DNA from: Patellaria atrata CBS 101060
Lineage: Eukaryota
Assembly (NCBI GenBank): GCA_010093705.1
Contig: MU006102.1
Location: 376,123 to 440,122, forward strand
Direction: 5' to 3'
Length of the DNA: 64,000 nucleotides
Of the stretch, positions 27,201 to 42,660 are shown in pieces. The position numbers and the translations under genes are program-made. The notes beneath the pieces were generated by a model. That model made no database searches. It was not told the DNA's origin and saw nothing but the letters and a program-made list of their open reading frames with translations. The number at the start of each line of letters is the position of its first letter. Position 1 is the first letter of the stretch.

Positions 27201-29304
27201 TGCCTTCTCAGAAACCTCGTCATGCATGAAGTTTTTCACAGGACAAGCTCCTCTCACTGCTCAAAAGAAAATAAGCGAAAAGAACTCCCAAACGCTGTTT
27301 CAAGCTTTGAACAATCAGTCGGTGAAGCGGTGCTGTATTTCTTTTCATCAACTCCCGCCTTTCCATCCGATCAACTATATCCAGTCAAAACCATGAAACG
27401 AGCCCCTGAATAGATCTAGGTCGAGCAACTTCCATCCCGTATCAACACCGACCATTTCCATCCTCAGATCTCCCCTACACCGTTACGTCCTCCGACCATC
27501 CGCTTCATCGCCTTCTTCCTCACCTACATCGTCCGTGTCGCCTAGATGCCATTGTTGGTCACAACGCCGTGAAACGGCACTGTACGGCATGGTCACTCTC
27601 CAACATAACCGCTCCAGGCTCACAGCGTGACCACCCTAGCGTATAATATCAAAAATACACAAATACACATAGTTGGATATCATTGTAGACCATAGTCATC
27701 CGGCGAACAGTCCCATTAGCGTCCAATTCAGGGGCAAGGCTGAATAGACTCAAGGCGTAAATAGGATTAGTAAGAGGCGGGTTGGGGGGCGGAAAAAGGA
27801 ACTCCACACTCCAATTTTTATCATGTGAATATGTAGAGTAAGTTCTGTTTGCTTTTCCTACAGTATACTCCAGACAAACATTTTCTCACCTCACATCCTT
27901 AGAACTTATAAATCCCTCGTCTCCCGTATCGGACGTTGCATTTCCCACCCCGTATCCCATTTGCCTTCAAAATTCCCACACATGCCCTAGAATTGCGCTC
28001 AACACGAAGTCACGAAACCACAATCACACCATCCCCCCATCTTACCACATTTGCTAGTACCCGAGACATAAATTCCGCAACCCACTCTCTCTTGACAGAA
28101 GGTGTGAGACAAGCGTGACATTCCCACACTACCACCGGGACGGAATTCGCCTACTCCCCTGTCCAATTAGCTTAGCTAATCCAGGGCAGGGCAGGCACGT
28201 GCGTCCGGTCAAAGACGCAGGTACGGCTCTAGTTCTCCCTACGGCCGATCCGGTGGGGTGGGTGTGGGGTTGGGATCGTGGGGTTTGGGAAGTTATTCCT
28301 TAACGGGTAGTTGGGCTTATGGATGCCCTGGGTGGTGAGTTCACGTATTGGTAAATTTGGCAGGTGGGATAGAGGTGGTTCTGTGATTGTGAAAGAGGGC
28401 CGTATATTTATAATTTATGGACTACTAAATCTATCGATTGTGTACGTATGAAAGAATCGATCGGTGAACAGAGAATCATCGTATGAAATAAGAGAAGTCT
28501 TGAAGTCGAAATAGAGTAAAATATCCCAGTACGCAAGGAAAACTGATACCGAATACCAGTACTCAAAACATGACACCGAACACCACAACTCCGGTAGGGA
28601 AAGAGTGCAAGATCAAATAAATGCTCCCATCTAGGTTTCCGAACGTCAAACCGAAAACCTAATTGTGAATCCTACGCTCTGTGTACCAAAGAATCGATAC
28701 CCTTAGCCCATGTTTCACAAAAGCCCGAAAAGACATTAAATTTAAGATTTGCACACCCTGAAGTACTAGCACCATACCTCCCGTCCTCTCACGCGTCCTA
28801 GACCGGGAGGAAACTTCCGATTCTGTTCCGAACAAAAACCATCCAGGTATTGATATAAGACGCTACACCAGGATCCTACTTCTACTGTACATTTTTCCTT
28901 TGAAGAGCAAGATCAGACACATATAGGCCTCCAGAGTATGAGTAGCTACTTGCCAGACCCGCCTTCCTGCGCGTCCTAAGAAGTAGCTGTGTGATTTAGA
29001 GGGGTGTCCATTGATCCCGCATTTGTGCCATTGCGTAAGTGCGTCTACTGTATTTCCCTAGCTTTGCTTGTCAACGTTGATGTAGGATATGCTTGTAGTC
29101 ATCTTAGTCCTCTACTTTTTAGGAAGCATCTACAACCGAAACTAGTAAAGGGCTAGGACAACTATGAACAATGCCGTACATTAGCGTTGGCACGCAAAGC
29201 TGAGAAAATACGGTACCTGATACCTAAATAGTCCCTGATGCTGTGGAACTCGAACTGAACACCCATGAATGATAATTAGCCATTCGTGGGGGACATGTCC
29301 ATTT

Positions 29305-31808
29305 TCAATGTGATTCGTCTTCGGGGAGCTGGCATGATTCCCTTGTGCTACTTTCAGCTGTAGATTTCCATTCCATCATATCGTCTTGGGACGTTGTGCT
29401 ACCTAGAAGTGGTCTTTCTAGGTCATTTGTATCAGTCCTCTGCTTCCTTGCTTCAATATATTCAGGTGTCAATGACCAGGTTTTGGTTTTTGAATCATAT
29501 TGCATCCATGGACCCGCCTAAATGAGTTAGATAAAGAATGCGAGAAACAAGACACTTGAAACAGACCATGGCGAGTTGGACTCCACGATGGAGTACTCTT
29601 TCAATCCTTGTCTTTACCGTTGATGGTAGCTCGAGACTACGTGAATCCCCATCCTTCGCACTATCTCCGAAGAAGTCCTGCGGTAAGCTCCACTGATACC
29701 ACAACTGTCCTCTAGCATGATGATCTTCCGGTAGAAGGTGTTCTTCTCCGCTCCCTTTCTCAAGTTGAAGAAAGTCTTGTCTCTCAAAGCGATCATCAAC
29801 TTTTCCGATTTTGAATAATGTAGTAAGAAAGAAAGCAACCTCTTCCCACGGGACTTCTTCAAGAATATATGTGCCTACGTATGTACGTGTTGAATCGACA
29901 GACTGAACAGAAAAAAGACTAAGAAGGAAGGAGAAGATGAGGTAAAGATGAGTCAAAACATTATTGTCCCCGATTCTTCGGAGATTCAAACTCAATGTAG
30001 GGAGGAGTAAATGAGTGGCAAGTCGAACATTGTTATAAGAACTTCGCTTTGAGCTGGTGGATGTGATAGAAGTATCTAAAATAGAGGGTGATAGAGAGAG
30101 AGTAGTGGACGTTATTCTCGATTGGGTGTGCTCTTTCCCATGTTTCTGCGGATGAAAATTATCATCGTATGATCTGTAAGCTTTCCAAAGATCTGATTCC
30201 GCGGAGCCGTAATCAAAAACACTTGCAATATTCGCGATTGCGACGTAAATGCCTTGTTCCTTCCACTTGGCGGTCACTCGTCCGATATGCGGGTCCAATT
30301 GACGAAGGTACTCGGAAACGTTGCTCTTAAAGGTCTCTAGGGATCCACGCGAGAAGATGGCAATGTGTGCGCGAAAATAGTGAGCTTCCCATGTCAAAGA
30401 AATATCGGATGAAGGTTCTGCAACTACCTGATCGAATAACATCGCAATTGATCCCCTAGCCTTTGAATACGGCTGAGCGGAAGTCAACGACCTAGAGTAT
30501 AAATAGAGTTGTTGGAGGGCATTCGCTCTTGCAAGAATAGATAGGTGATGGTATAGCCTGCCAACATGAGGATTCTTTCTAGCTGCTTTAGTATACCAAA
30601 ATCGAGCCACTTCAATCCATATCTCACGGTCGTGGGATCCCTGCTTCTCGATGGACATACGATATCTGCAAAGGTCGCCAAGATTCTCTATCCAGATGTC
30701 TTCAAAAATTGGTACTGTCTCGTAAAGTAACGCCATCATTTGGTAAGCCGAATATAAAAAGGTGAGCATGTGTTCGCGCCTTTCGGGAAGCTTGTCCTGC
30801 AACATGGCTAAGAAGGGCTCAATCCCATTTTTCCACATACGACGTGGCATCTCCTCCGTTTCAGCCTTGCATTTCAGTTCATTGCTTGCTGAAGGATGTT
30901 GAGAGGCTAATAGAAAGTCATGATGCTCATGCAATAGGGTCTTGAAAAGCGCTATTAAAGCTTGTAGCTTATCATCGCCTAACTTGGTTTCTTCTTTTTG
31001 ATTTTGCTTTTGCTTTTGATAATCATGATAGACTTTCTTACATTTCTGTTCGACCATCACGAGGCCTGCCAGTATCAAGGTAACCTCTACGTCTAGCTGT
31101 TTCGCACTAATTGGCGTTGACTCAGGCTGTAGGATCAACCCTGGATATTTGGTATCAAGAAGCACTCTCAGCCCATCTCGGGAACCATAGCGTGCCGTCG
31201 ACGAGAATGGAAATGTAGTGTTTTGAACATGCTGACCTGGGAAGGTTACTGAGCCTGGGGCCAATCCGGGCGAATACATTTGATGACCAAGCGGTCTGGT
31301 TTGTCGAGGCGATGATTTAGTTCTCCTTGATCCATGTGACCTCTCTGCTGATTGCTCTTCTATATCCGAGCGAGCTCTACGCTTGCCCGAGCTGCTAAAC
31401 TGTGGCTCAGATAAAGATAGATCTTTGATTCTGAGCGTCTCGGATCCTGGGGCTACCTGAAGAGATAGCTCGGATGGTACACCGCCTACATGAGTGGCAT
31501 CTAGTTGCTTACTGTAAGGCAAACGTCAGCTGCGATGAGGCTGAGCGTTCCTAAGAAAGAAAAGGTTTGGAGTATGTGATTACGAGCAGACAAGGGTAAG
31601 TAGTGACGTACGTTTTCAGGTGTGCCTCGTCCAGGACATGTCTCTTCTTATCGGTGTCTTTTGAGTCAAGTTGTGGGTCATGTTCTGCTATTACGTGATT
31701 CCAAAGGTCGTCATCCGTAAATCGTTGAGGTGCATCGTCGCAACGAGGGCAAGCGAGTTGTCGAGGATTTCTGGGTTGATTTTGCAATGCTTCTATGTAG
31801 CGATTCAT
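29305..31808 (-). CDS. Est1/Ebs1/SMG5-7-like TPR (14-3-3-like) protein with N-terminal C2H2-like finger (exons 31808-31612, 31511-29567, 29517-29305)
   Basis: Motifs LILQPESTPIS, HEHHDFLLASQHPSAS, MPRRMWKNGI, WIENLGDLCRYRM, ARFWYTKA...GRLYHHLSILAR, LPEDHHARG. Exon 1 contains CPRC...LWNHVIAEH. Confidence 0.85.
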
Positions 31809-34800
31809 GGTAGAACTGCATCTCCTGGCAACAATGGAGGTGGGAAACAGACTAGAGGCAGATGCTTCGTTAGCGGAATGTCAGCCTCACGGAACCTTAT
31901 TAGGATCAAGATATAATAACGATTAAGGTAAATGATCAAGTGCTTAGATACGTACTTTCTTTTATGGGACACAGTCTGGGTATCTATCGCATGAGGTCTA
32001 CCTTATTCTTTTCCGACGGCAGTTCCACTAAGGTAGATGTTTACTGTAATTTTCCGGTTTAGATGTGTGATGTCCAAGCGTAAACAGCGAATTGCGGGTC
32101 GTAGGCTTTTCCTTGACTTCGAAAACGAAAATGTATGCCGACGTATGAAATGAATACTCCCGTACTCCCCAGTGAAAGACTGCTAACTACTGATCTATTA
32201 ACAAGAGGAGTCGACCTATATTTATTCTAACATCAAGCGCTTCAGAGAACGATCTCGATCACGGTCTGTAGCATGTGTATTAGCTCATAATATGTTGCCT
32301 TCTTCACTGTTATCAAATGGTGGTTCGCAAATCTGGTAACCGAGAGGACCAGAGCCTCATCTTCCTGAAATTCTTGTAGGGGGTAGTCCACTCAATCTCA
32401 ACTACGTGTATACGGGGCGAATTATATTTAACAAGGCATCACTAAAATTTCATTGATAAAATTTACTTCCTACCTGAAGTCGCCGGTCAACGTTCTTGGG
32501 TTGGATAATCGACATTTCTTCTTGAACTCTAAACTGCACTTTTAACCCTTCTGCGTGAATGCCATTCCTCTATGATTGGGGGCCAAAGAGCCCAAAAAAA
32601 AATATTGTAGCGCCGAGAACCGTTTCAAATGCCTTCGAATGAATCAGCTTTGTTCGAGGCTACGAGTATTGTTCGCGTCGATTCCAAACAAGTCGAAGCA
32701 CGTAGGATGGATGCCCGCCTCTGCGTTGTGTGTGGTAACTCAGCAGCAGCGTAAAATTCAAAGTAAGGCGAAATAGGTGAAGATTTGTCCAATACATTTT
32801 CCCTCTCGCTAAGTCGATGAGGCTACAACTCCAGACGTACTAATGACATGGAACTAGAGCAAATGAGAAAGTCCACACCCAACACTATGATTGCGAGAAC
32901 AAACAGAAAACTTAAGGCTTTCAGATTCCAATAGTCGAACAACGAGAACATGTACGATCTTTCCAGGTTACTAAAACTATGTACAGTAAAACAACGCCGT
33001 AACACTAGTCTAATCGCACCACAGTGAGGGAGAGTCTCAATGCTTCCCGTGTGCGATCTACAATCACGAATCACTTTTAGCACTGCAATGACGGCCCAAA
33101 CTAGGAGGGGATAGGTTGAAACACTCAAAGGATGGTTGAGGAATGTTTACAATGAGAGGAGATGTCTTGATCGAGATTAATCGCTCCTATCCACCCGAGC
33201 TCGATCTTAAGACTAACATTCAATTGGAATCCCGTACGTGGTGAGCTTTTGGATAACAGACTAAACCGCTGCTCTGCATGAAACGTGGCCGTAAGCACCT
33301 GGACTCATGTATACCTGGCCCCAATAATTCTGACCCAGAAGACGAAGTAATGTAATGCGAACATAGACGATATGATACTAGTACTCCGCCGACTCTGGTT
33401 AGGATGGGCATTCTTCTATGAAACTAACACAGTTCTGTCCGTGTGATTGAATACATTTTTCTAAGTCGCTTGGATACCGAGATTGCAACACCCGATTGTA
33501 AAGTCGGGCGAATGGCCCCCGAAACCGTTTACGTCTGGTTCGTACAAGACAAATAAGCCCAACATTCGCGAGATCAAGATGATTTGGAGTCGATTTAAGG
33601 ACTCGGAGCATCAAACAAGATGCAACCTTTCGGGACTTAGAATTGAAGAACTAGCACAACTTTCCTTTGGCCCAACCACCTGAACGAGATGAACTGGACA
33701 AGCAACTTCCCGACCCTCGAAGTCATAGATATCTATCAATAACACAAGATGCCAGCTAAACACTACCAACTGGTGCGCATCAGTGTTCCGACTAATGTAA
33801 ACATAAGCTGTGCAAAGGCTCAGACGTGCCCGATGGTATCGATGTGAGTGAATGAGAACAGCTCCTATTCAACTCAGCGCAATTTTCCCCTCTCGTAATT
33901 TTAAAGCTTTGGGGTAAAGATATATTCCCACAAAGAAGGAGGATTTGATGGAGAATCTCTACGGAAAAAGGTCTAGAATGAGTACAAGTCTCTAGAGTGC
34001 AATCACCTTTATCCGTAACGTTCATAAGCGAAACTACATTACTATGAACCACTCCTTGGATTTTTCCTAGCTCTTACACTACTGTACACATATACTTCGC
34101 GAAGAGATATACAGTAGAACGTAAATGGGCCTAAGCACAAACATCGTTTGCCTGATCTATCGGATGTTTTCGTTGATTAAAGCCCCTTGGGTCGTGCATG
34201 AGAGTTGGAATCTGCAAAGAAAGCACCTACACGGCGTATTGTAGCTCCTTCTGCCTACGGTAGTCTATCCGGGAGGATTATGGCCAGTGCGCGTTGATGT
34301 GGGCCTGGTGTTGATGCTAACTGAGGTGGCTCTGCATGCTACATGTACTGTAAGTGGAGTAAGGCCGCTAATAGAAGAGACATTCAGAGGGAAAGGGGCC
34401 ATATGGGAGGAATTGGTTTCCTCAAATCAACAGTGAAACTGATCTCTTACTGTTGACGTTTGTCGTGAGCTCCTGTTTCTCCTTCGAAGTTGGAATAAAC
34501 TTAGGTTGACTTAGCGCATTTGGGATAGAACTAGTTCTACGCGATTCAGGAACAAGGCTGAGAAGAAGAAAGTCAGAGTCTATCCTTCCGAGGTAAGTCA
34601 AGGCAGCACCGCATCTCCATGCATGTTGATCGCGCTTTAATGATGTCTACGAAAATGCACCAATATAACCGTCCGTTTTCGGAGAAGGCAGTAAGGCAAA
34701 AACAATCGAAGGGCACCAATACATGGTAGCTAATTTCAATTCGTGATATCGTTTCATTCAGCTTCACAACGTTAGAAATCGATATCATGTTGCCTTTCCA

Positions 34801-37800
34801 TCGCGAGTGCCAGCATACATATCCTGTATCAGTCATAGGTCGACATTACCCCTCTCGAATTCCGAGCGAAAGGAGGGAAAGGCGAGTTTGTAGTGTGTAA
34901 TTGGATATGAGTAACCGATGGGAGTCGTTGAAGAGGTTACTGGCTTTGGATATTCCGTGCCCAGTTCGAATCGAGACTTATCAAGTGTGGTGCGCTTGGT
35001 TCAACACGTATGGGAAGGGACAAAGCGAGCGGAAACTAATTGTTACATTGCACAGGCCTTCTTATAGTAAATTCGAAATCATCGAGCGCTCATGGATTGC
35101 ACGGCATGCACACATTTAATACGTGTCTATTATTCTAGTATCAGTAAAAGAGATATTTGAGCTGAGGTTCGTAAACGTCTCATATATTTCACTATTTCAA
35201 ACGTTCTTTACATTCATTCGCATCTTACAACTAAGCGAAATTTTTTGAACCCCTCTGTGAAACTCATATCCGTTTCCTAGTTCCTGTATCATTGGGAAAA
35301 GGGATTCCGTAAATAACACGTTCCGTAATAGTCATCATATCTGTACATGTATCTCCAAAGAGATATGGTACCATTTGTTTCATCTGATCGAAATTGTTTC
35401 TATCATAGCCGACAGAAAATTGTACTGTACGGTCTGAACTACTGTCTATTTCGATAGATTGATGTTGGCGTCAGAGTTTAAAGACAAAGATATGTACCGG
35501 TATTACTTCTCAGTTGAAGCATACAACGGCATCAGCTAGCCTGAGAATCGGAGAATCCTTAAGGTAGCTGTTGTTTACAGAATGTGTATAGCTTTAACTG
35601 CAGTTGCAATAGGAAAACTCAAGTCAATCGTATCTTTATTTGAAGTCTATATACATATTTTAAACTTCTCTAATTTCCTACTCTGAGTATCCACTATCTT
35701 CCGGCGATGCTTATCAAGCAACTGTACTCCGTACGTGTATCTCAAAAAGGACACATCCTCCAAAAAAAAAAGAAAGAAAGATATCGTACAGAGCCTCAAG
35801 TCTTATGTGAAGTACAAGTACTCCATAGCATTGTTCCTTCCCCTATTGTATTACTTACTTAATGCCAAGTTGAGAATTGTAGAAACTGTCCACCTGTCCA
35901 CATCACCTGCTGCTTTGTATCTATGACCTCTGTTCTGTTCTCCCTATCATTCGATATTGAGTCTAGATGCTCCGCGGTGAGTAATGATTGCGTATTGTAC
36001 AACCGATATCCGGGAGATCAAAGAAGGCAAAAGTGGAGTCTCAGGCCTAGTGGTCTCTCAAGGTCTGAAATCCGAGTTCAAGTTTAAGCAATCTGGTAGT
36101 CTAGTTAGTTCTAACATTGCCGATATCTAGCTTTGTGAGCGGTGCAAATCATGGCGTAGGCAGCAAGGCTAAGATTACTCATTCTTAGGCCGACATAGAT
36201 ACAGGGTGCTACACTCGATGAAGACCAATCATCTAGTTTCGATATGAAGTTCTGATCCCCAAGAACCGGTCCTACGCTGTGAAAGGGAAAGTCATGCTAG
36301 CCTAGATTTAGCAATTCTCTCGCACTAGTCACCATTTAAACATACTACTAGAACTACATGAGGGACTCCGTAGCTTATGGGTCAATAATGTTTTACGTGC
36401 ACCACATCTGACGTTACCGCATGACTCTCTGGTCTCGTTCTTAGGAAGCTAGGCTAAGGGTCGGTGGGTATCTTAAGAGGCACAGATGTATAAGCGGAGA
36501 GACCTATCACACATTTATATAGTTCACCAGTTGCCTTTTTATCTTACACACCGTATCTCCCTTCTCACAAAGGATCAGATGGCGTCTTCTCAACCCTATA
36601 ATTTTACTAAACCCGGCCCCCACAAACAAGCGGGGCAATGAAGGCTACGTAGAAAGCATTCCAGCGCTCCGGAAAGATCCCCCAATTCTTTCATGCAAAG
36701 GAAAAGTTTATCTTCGACACTATGTTTTCCCCATAACCGCCCTTTCCCACTATATAAAGGCTGAAAACCGCTTCTGTGACTACCTGCCGTGTTTGCCCTG
36801 CTCCACTCCTCCGTTCCCAGCAATGAGACGACTCCCTAGCAGACCTCGTGCTTCCATCCTCTACCTATCCCGTTGGACATACCATGGTATATTTGCTTAT
36901 TATGCCTTAGGGCAATATCGAGATCATGAGCTTCCTGCGCAAAGGGGCGGATATGGAAGGATGGGCGAGCAGAGAGGAATCCGTCGATTTGCGGCAATGC
37001 AGAGTAATTATGTCCTCAGTTTGATTTTGGGCTTGTTTGCCTACAGATGATGTCCACCGAATGAGGAACTTTTTGCGAGTGATACGAGGGTTGTTGTATT
37101 TCCGGCGCTTTGTAGCCTTGTGGAGCTTGAGGACCTCGAGGGGTAATTATGCAAGGCTTTCCGTGGGGATATGTCCATGGCCTCTTTCTCCATGAACACC
37201 CCTAATCCTTTTACAACCACTTGTCAGTATACATTTTATGGTCCCCAGGTACAGTTGAGAGAGACTATTCGTCCTGGAAGGACTTTGCCATAGGTTAGAT
37301 CTGAGTTCATTCGTTCATGTTGTTGAGGAAATTCTAGTCTAGAGTTAGTATCTTTCATAATTATCTTATGTCTTAGTCGTTGTGTTTTCGGTCACTCTGT
37401 CAAATTTTCATTGGGACATTCCTCGATCAAGATATACGCGGAGTTGGAACGATATTTGAATTGGCAAAAGACACGTGTTAAGAGACCAATTTCTCCGTAC
37501 TGTATTGTACAGTACCACCATTCATGCTTTCTCTTCTAAACTGGATTATCCATATTTTCAAGACTAAGTTTCGAAAGACATCTACATTAATAACTATAAA
37601 ATGGCGGTGATATACTGTACAACACCGAAGTCGTGAATTCAAATTCAGGGGCCACTTGTCAGACCTTAGTGTGGTGGACCATAACATTATCCTCAGAAAG
37701 ACCATGAATCTCAGTGTTTTCCTTTCTCCCGAAGTTCATCTCCGCTCTTGTAGTAGCTGCCATCCCTCAGTTGTTGTACTGTACACTTGAGCCTCTGCTC

Positions 37801-38684
37801 TCGGATCCCGGCCAGCTCATACATTCCGTTCTCCTTCCGCTTCAAGCTCCCATAGAACTACCCGCCGGGCATTATTTCACACATTCCCCCTTTCGTCAAC
37901 TCCATCGGTCCCTTAGAGTCCGCCCAACGCGTATATTTCCCCTTATCTAATCTCTCTTTCCGTACCGTACAGTATGCTCCAACTGCACCATACAACAAAC
38001 TAATCCTACAATTGACCCAATTGGCTACAATCCGCTCATCTGTATAAACCATACATTGTAAGTATACTCATCCCCATTGTTCATATTCTCCACCCTTTGA
38101 ATTGACTCTGGGTGAACTTCCTCTGTGGTGGGTTTCCGTTCGGTGGGGGTATGCTCGTTCAGTACCGTATAGTCTTTTGACGGTTGAGTCTTCAGTAAAG
38201 TTTAGTCATTTTGTCCAGCCCACCCAATCCCTTCCGCACCACTGGTACACCAGCCGTCAGCAACCCACGTCCAACAGAACAGGTGCAAGAAGCTAAATCA
38301 ATATCTATATAATTGGTATCTAAACACGTCATAAACATCATAAACACCACCTCCTTTCCAACATGGGTACACGTAAACAAATAGAAGCCGCTTCGTTAAA
38401 TGCTATGCGCTATATCCAATCCATGCTCCGTTACAACCAGACTGCTATTCCAATATGGTGGCATAGATCCAACTCCTCCGACGAACCCAGATTATCACTT
38501 GGATAGATGAGGTTTTTGAGGGTTTGATTACCCAGTAAGTGGCCGTGCATAAGACCTGGTATGACGCCGTCGAGATATCAAACCACGGACGCCGAACAAG
38601 CATCTCGTGCGTGTCTCTGACGACCTATCTTCGAGAACTGTCCCATCAAGTTAAACTATACAATCTTATCCGAACCACTATGCC

Positions 38685-40579
38685 TTAAAACTGTCCCACA
38701 GGATCCTCATCTTCCGCATTGGTGGAAGTCCTACGACCACTCCTAGCCGCGCCAGCCGGTTCGTCGTAATAAACTGTAGGACCAATGAGTACAAAGATAT
38801 CGAGCGTTTGTCAAATTTGAAACTCACCGTGCGGCTTCACAAACCACGTACACGTAAAAGCAACAGCGAAGGTCACGGTTAAGCATAAGAAGACTGTTTG
38901 TGTGAACTTGCCGACCGTGACGCTGTAAATGCCCTGAAAGATTGTCGGAGCGATGATGCGGGCGCAGGCGTGTAGTAGTCCTGTTGCACCGAGTAGTTGT
39001 CCCGTTTGGTTAGACGATACATGTTTCGTCAAGGCCGAGGTGATAGTGGGAGAGGCCATACCTCCTATTCCACCGATGACTCCGGAAATGGTGAACAGTA
39101 GACCGGTGCGGGAGACCGTGTATCCTAGGTATGCTAGAGTGTCGAAGAAAACTGCTATCCGGATGATGGATAGGTCGAGAAGGTCAGAGCCCATGTTGCC
39201 ATGCGGGTTACTTCTTCTTTTATGGAAAATGCGCGTCACGAGCGGCAAGACTAGCAGGAGACATGAGACGCGACAGGCATTGACGATGGAGACGAAACGG
39301 GAGGATTCGAATGTGGTCCAGCCAAATTGGAAGTTGGAGTAGATAACGACTACCGTCATCGCACTCATGGCAATGCCGAATATTGTGAAATCAACACCGG
39401 CAAGTAGCAATAGGTTTCTCCGCAGTGCAGGACTAGAGCCTTCTCCCGTTGGATATAAAACCTTAAGGGGTTCTATCAAATTAATATGCCGCAATTGATT
39501 GATCCAGTCGGACGATGGGCCCTGTGCTTCACGATGAGCCCGATGCTTTTCTCGGGCTTCATGTTGACGAGACTTTGACAAGGATTCTGGAATCAGAAGG
39601 GCGAGGAAGAGCATGAAGGATAGGTGAGCTCCTAGCGCAACATAAAAGATACTGAGGATAGAACCAGTGCATTTTACGACGTATGCGGCAATGATTGGAC
39701 CGACAGCGATACCAGTAAATAGACTGCCATGGAAGTACCCAAACGCAACATTGCGATTAGCTGGAGGAGTGCAGTCAGTTGCGTATGCATATGATAATGC
39801 CATGCTAGTGATGAAGGAGCCGCAGATACCATCGATAGCATAGCCGAAAAGGATCCAGTCGACCGAGACCTGGTCCGGATATTTACCTGCTATAATAGTT
39901 ACAACTTCGGTTGCAAGTAAGCCCGCTGATGATAGTAACAAGATAGGTTTCCTGCCATAGCGGTCGGACAATGCACCGAGTTTTGGACTTGTCAAGGCGC
40001 ATAGTATACCCATGATTAGGTTGCCGTATAGAGTAAACTGAGATACACGCGATTGTACTTCAGGAATTCGACATTGGGGGTTCTCCCCCCCGAAAACAAC
40101 TGGCATGATCGTCATATTTGGGTCTTGGAGAACCTGTTCTGCTAAGTATTGCTTGCAGATAAGCTCAAGTATGAGATTGATCTTAGGCACGATAATGCCA
40201 CCAAAGGCAAGCATTGCGATTATATATGGAGGGACCACCCAATATATCTTGAGCCAAGTTAGTTCAACAGCTTTATGAATATATGAGGATTGGCGCTTAC
40301 AGAGGGCCTTTTGTACCAAGGCAACTGATCCAAATATGCTCGTCCATCCCATTCCTCCTCATCGACGGATTCATTATCACCGCTGAGAGACCCATTTTTT
40401 GGGAGCAAGGGAGTCTCTTCAGACCAGTTCTGTTTTCCAGTAAACGGGTGTAGTCCTCCAGTGGTAGCTGTCACCACGTTTTCTCCACCAGTAGTGTTAT
40501 GTCCCGAACTCGAACCTGCGAACTCTGGGCGAAGTCCGGAGACTCTCTCCTCTGCAGCGAAGGGAGCGCCGTCCTGCAT
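38685..40579 (-). CDS. MFS transporter (SLC46/tetracycline-efflux-like), 3 exons
   Basis: About 12 TM segments, motif A GALSDRYGRK, LPWYKRPS/IYW splice junction. The terminal exon ends at TAA 38687-38685. Confidence 0.92.
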
Positions 40580-41260
40580 GTTTAGTAAGATATATCGGTT
40601 CGAGCACTACCTAGGTGGGGCGATGGAGAGAGTCTGGAGTGCACAGTATGGTAGCGTTCGCCATAGATATTGGGAGGACGAAGATGGTCAATGTCGTAGG
40701 AATCCCACTGTTGATAAAATGTATATCTTGATTATTAGGGCCGTACAGGAAGGGAGATGGACGCGATTGGTTATACTGGGAATATAGTAAACGTCAACAG
40801 TCGCGGCCTCGGGTGTTGCTTGATAATCGCTGTCAGATCTTGTTGGCCCACTATGAAACGGAATGCGGATAGTATAGAATCCGAGTAATTGACTCATCTA
40901 AGTATTAAGGTATTCTCAAGAGACGCGATACCTCATATATATCAGCAAGTCTTTTCCTCTTACCTATACATTTTTCATTGCGCTGAATTGGAATTTCAAA
41001 GTTATCGCGTCCAGAATCTGTACGAGCGGACGTGCATATCGATGACGCTATTGTCGGTGTTTCAGGTTGTAGCAACGGAATACTTGCACGCTGTCGCCGG
41101 ACCGTGCCATGGATGTTACTGCATATCAAACGTGAACTTATACATGACATAGTTTTGCAAAAACAAATATTTCGTGACTTGATAGCCTTGATAAAAGTGC
41201 TGTACAAATGCTACTATATATATACACTTTACATAAGGTAACCGTCATTCCGCCGGCTTT

Positions 41261-42660
<1,400 letters not shown>

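Noticed and set aside
1944..31808. Bin3/MEPCE and Est1-like genes as a telomerase/RNP cluster
   Set aside because: They are 26 kb apart and separated by unrelated housekeeping genes.
34074..34091. Minus-strand MCTVV* CAAX-like end (also MCISS* at 32273-32290)
   Set aside because: Only 5 codons, with an upstream in-frame stop and no earlier ATG; too short for a pheromone precursor.
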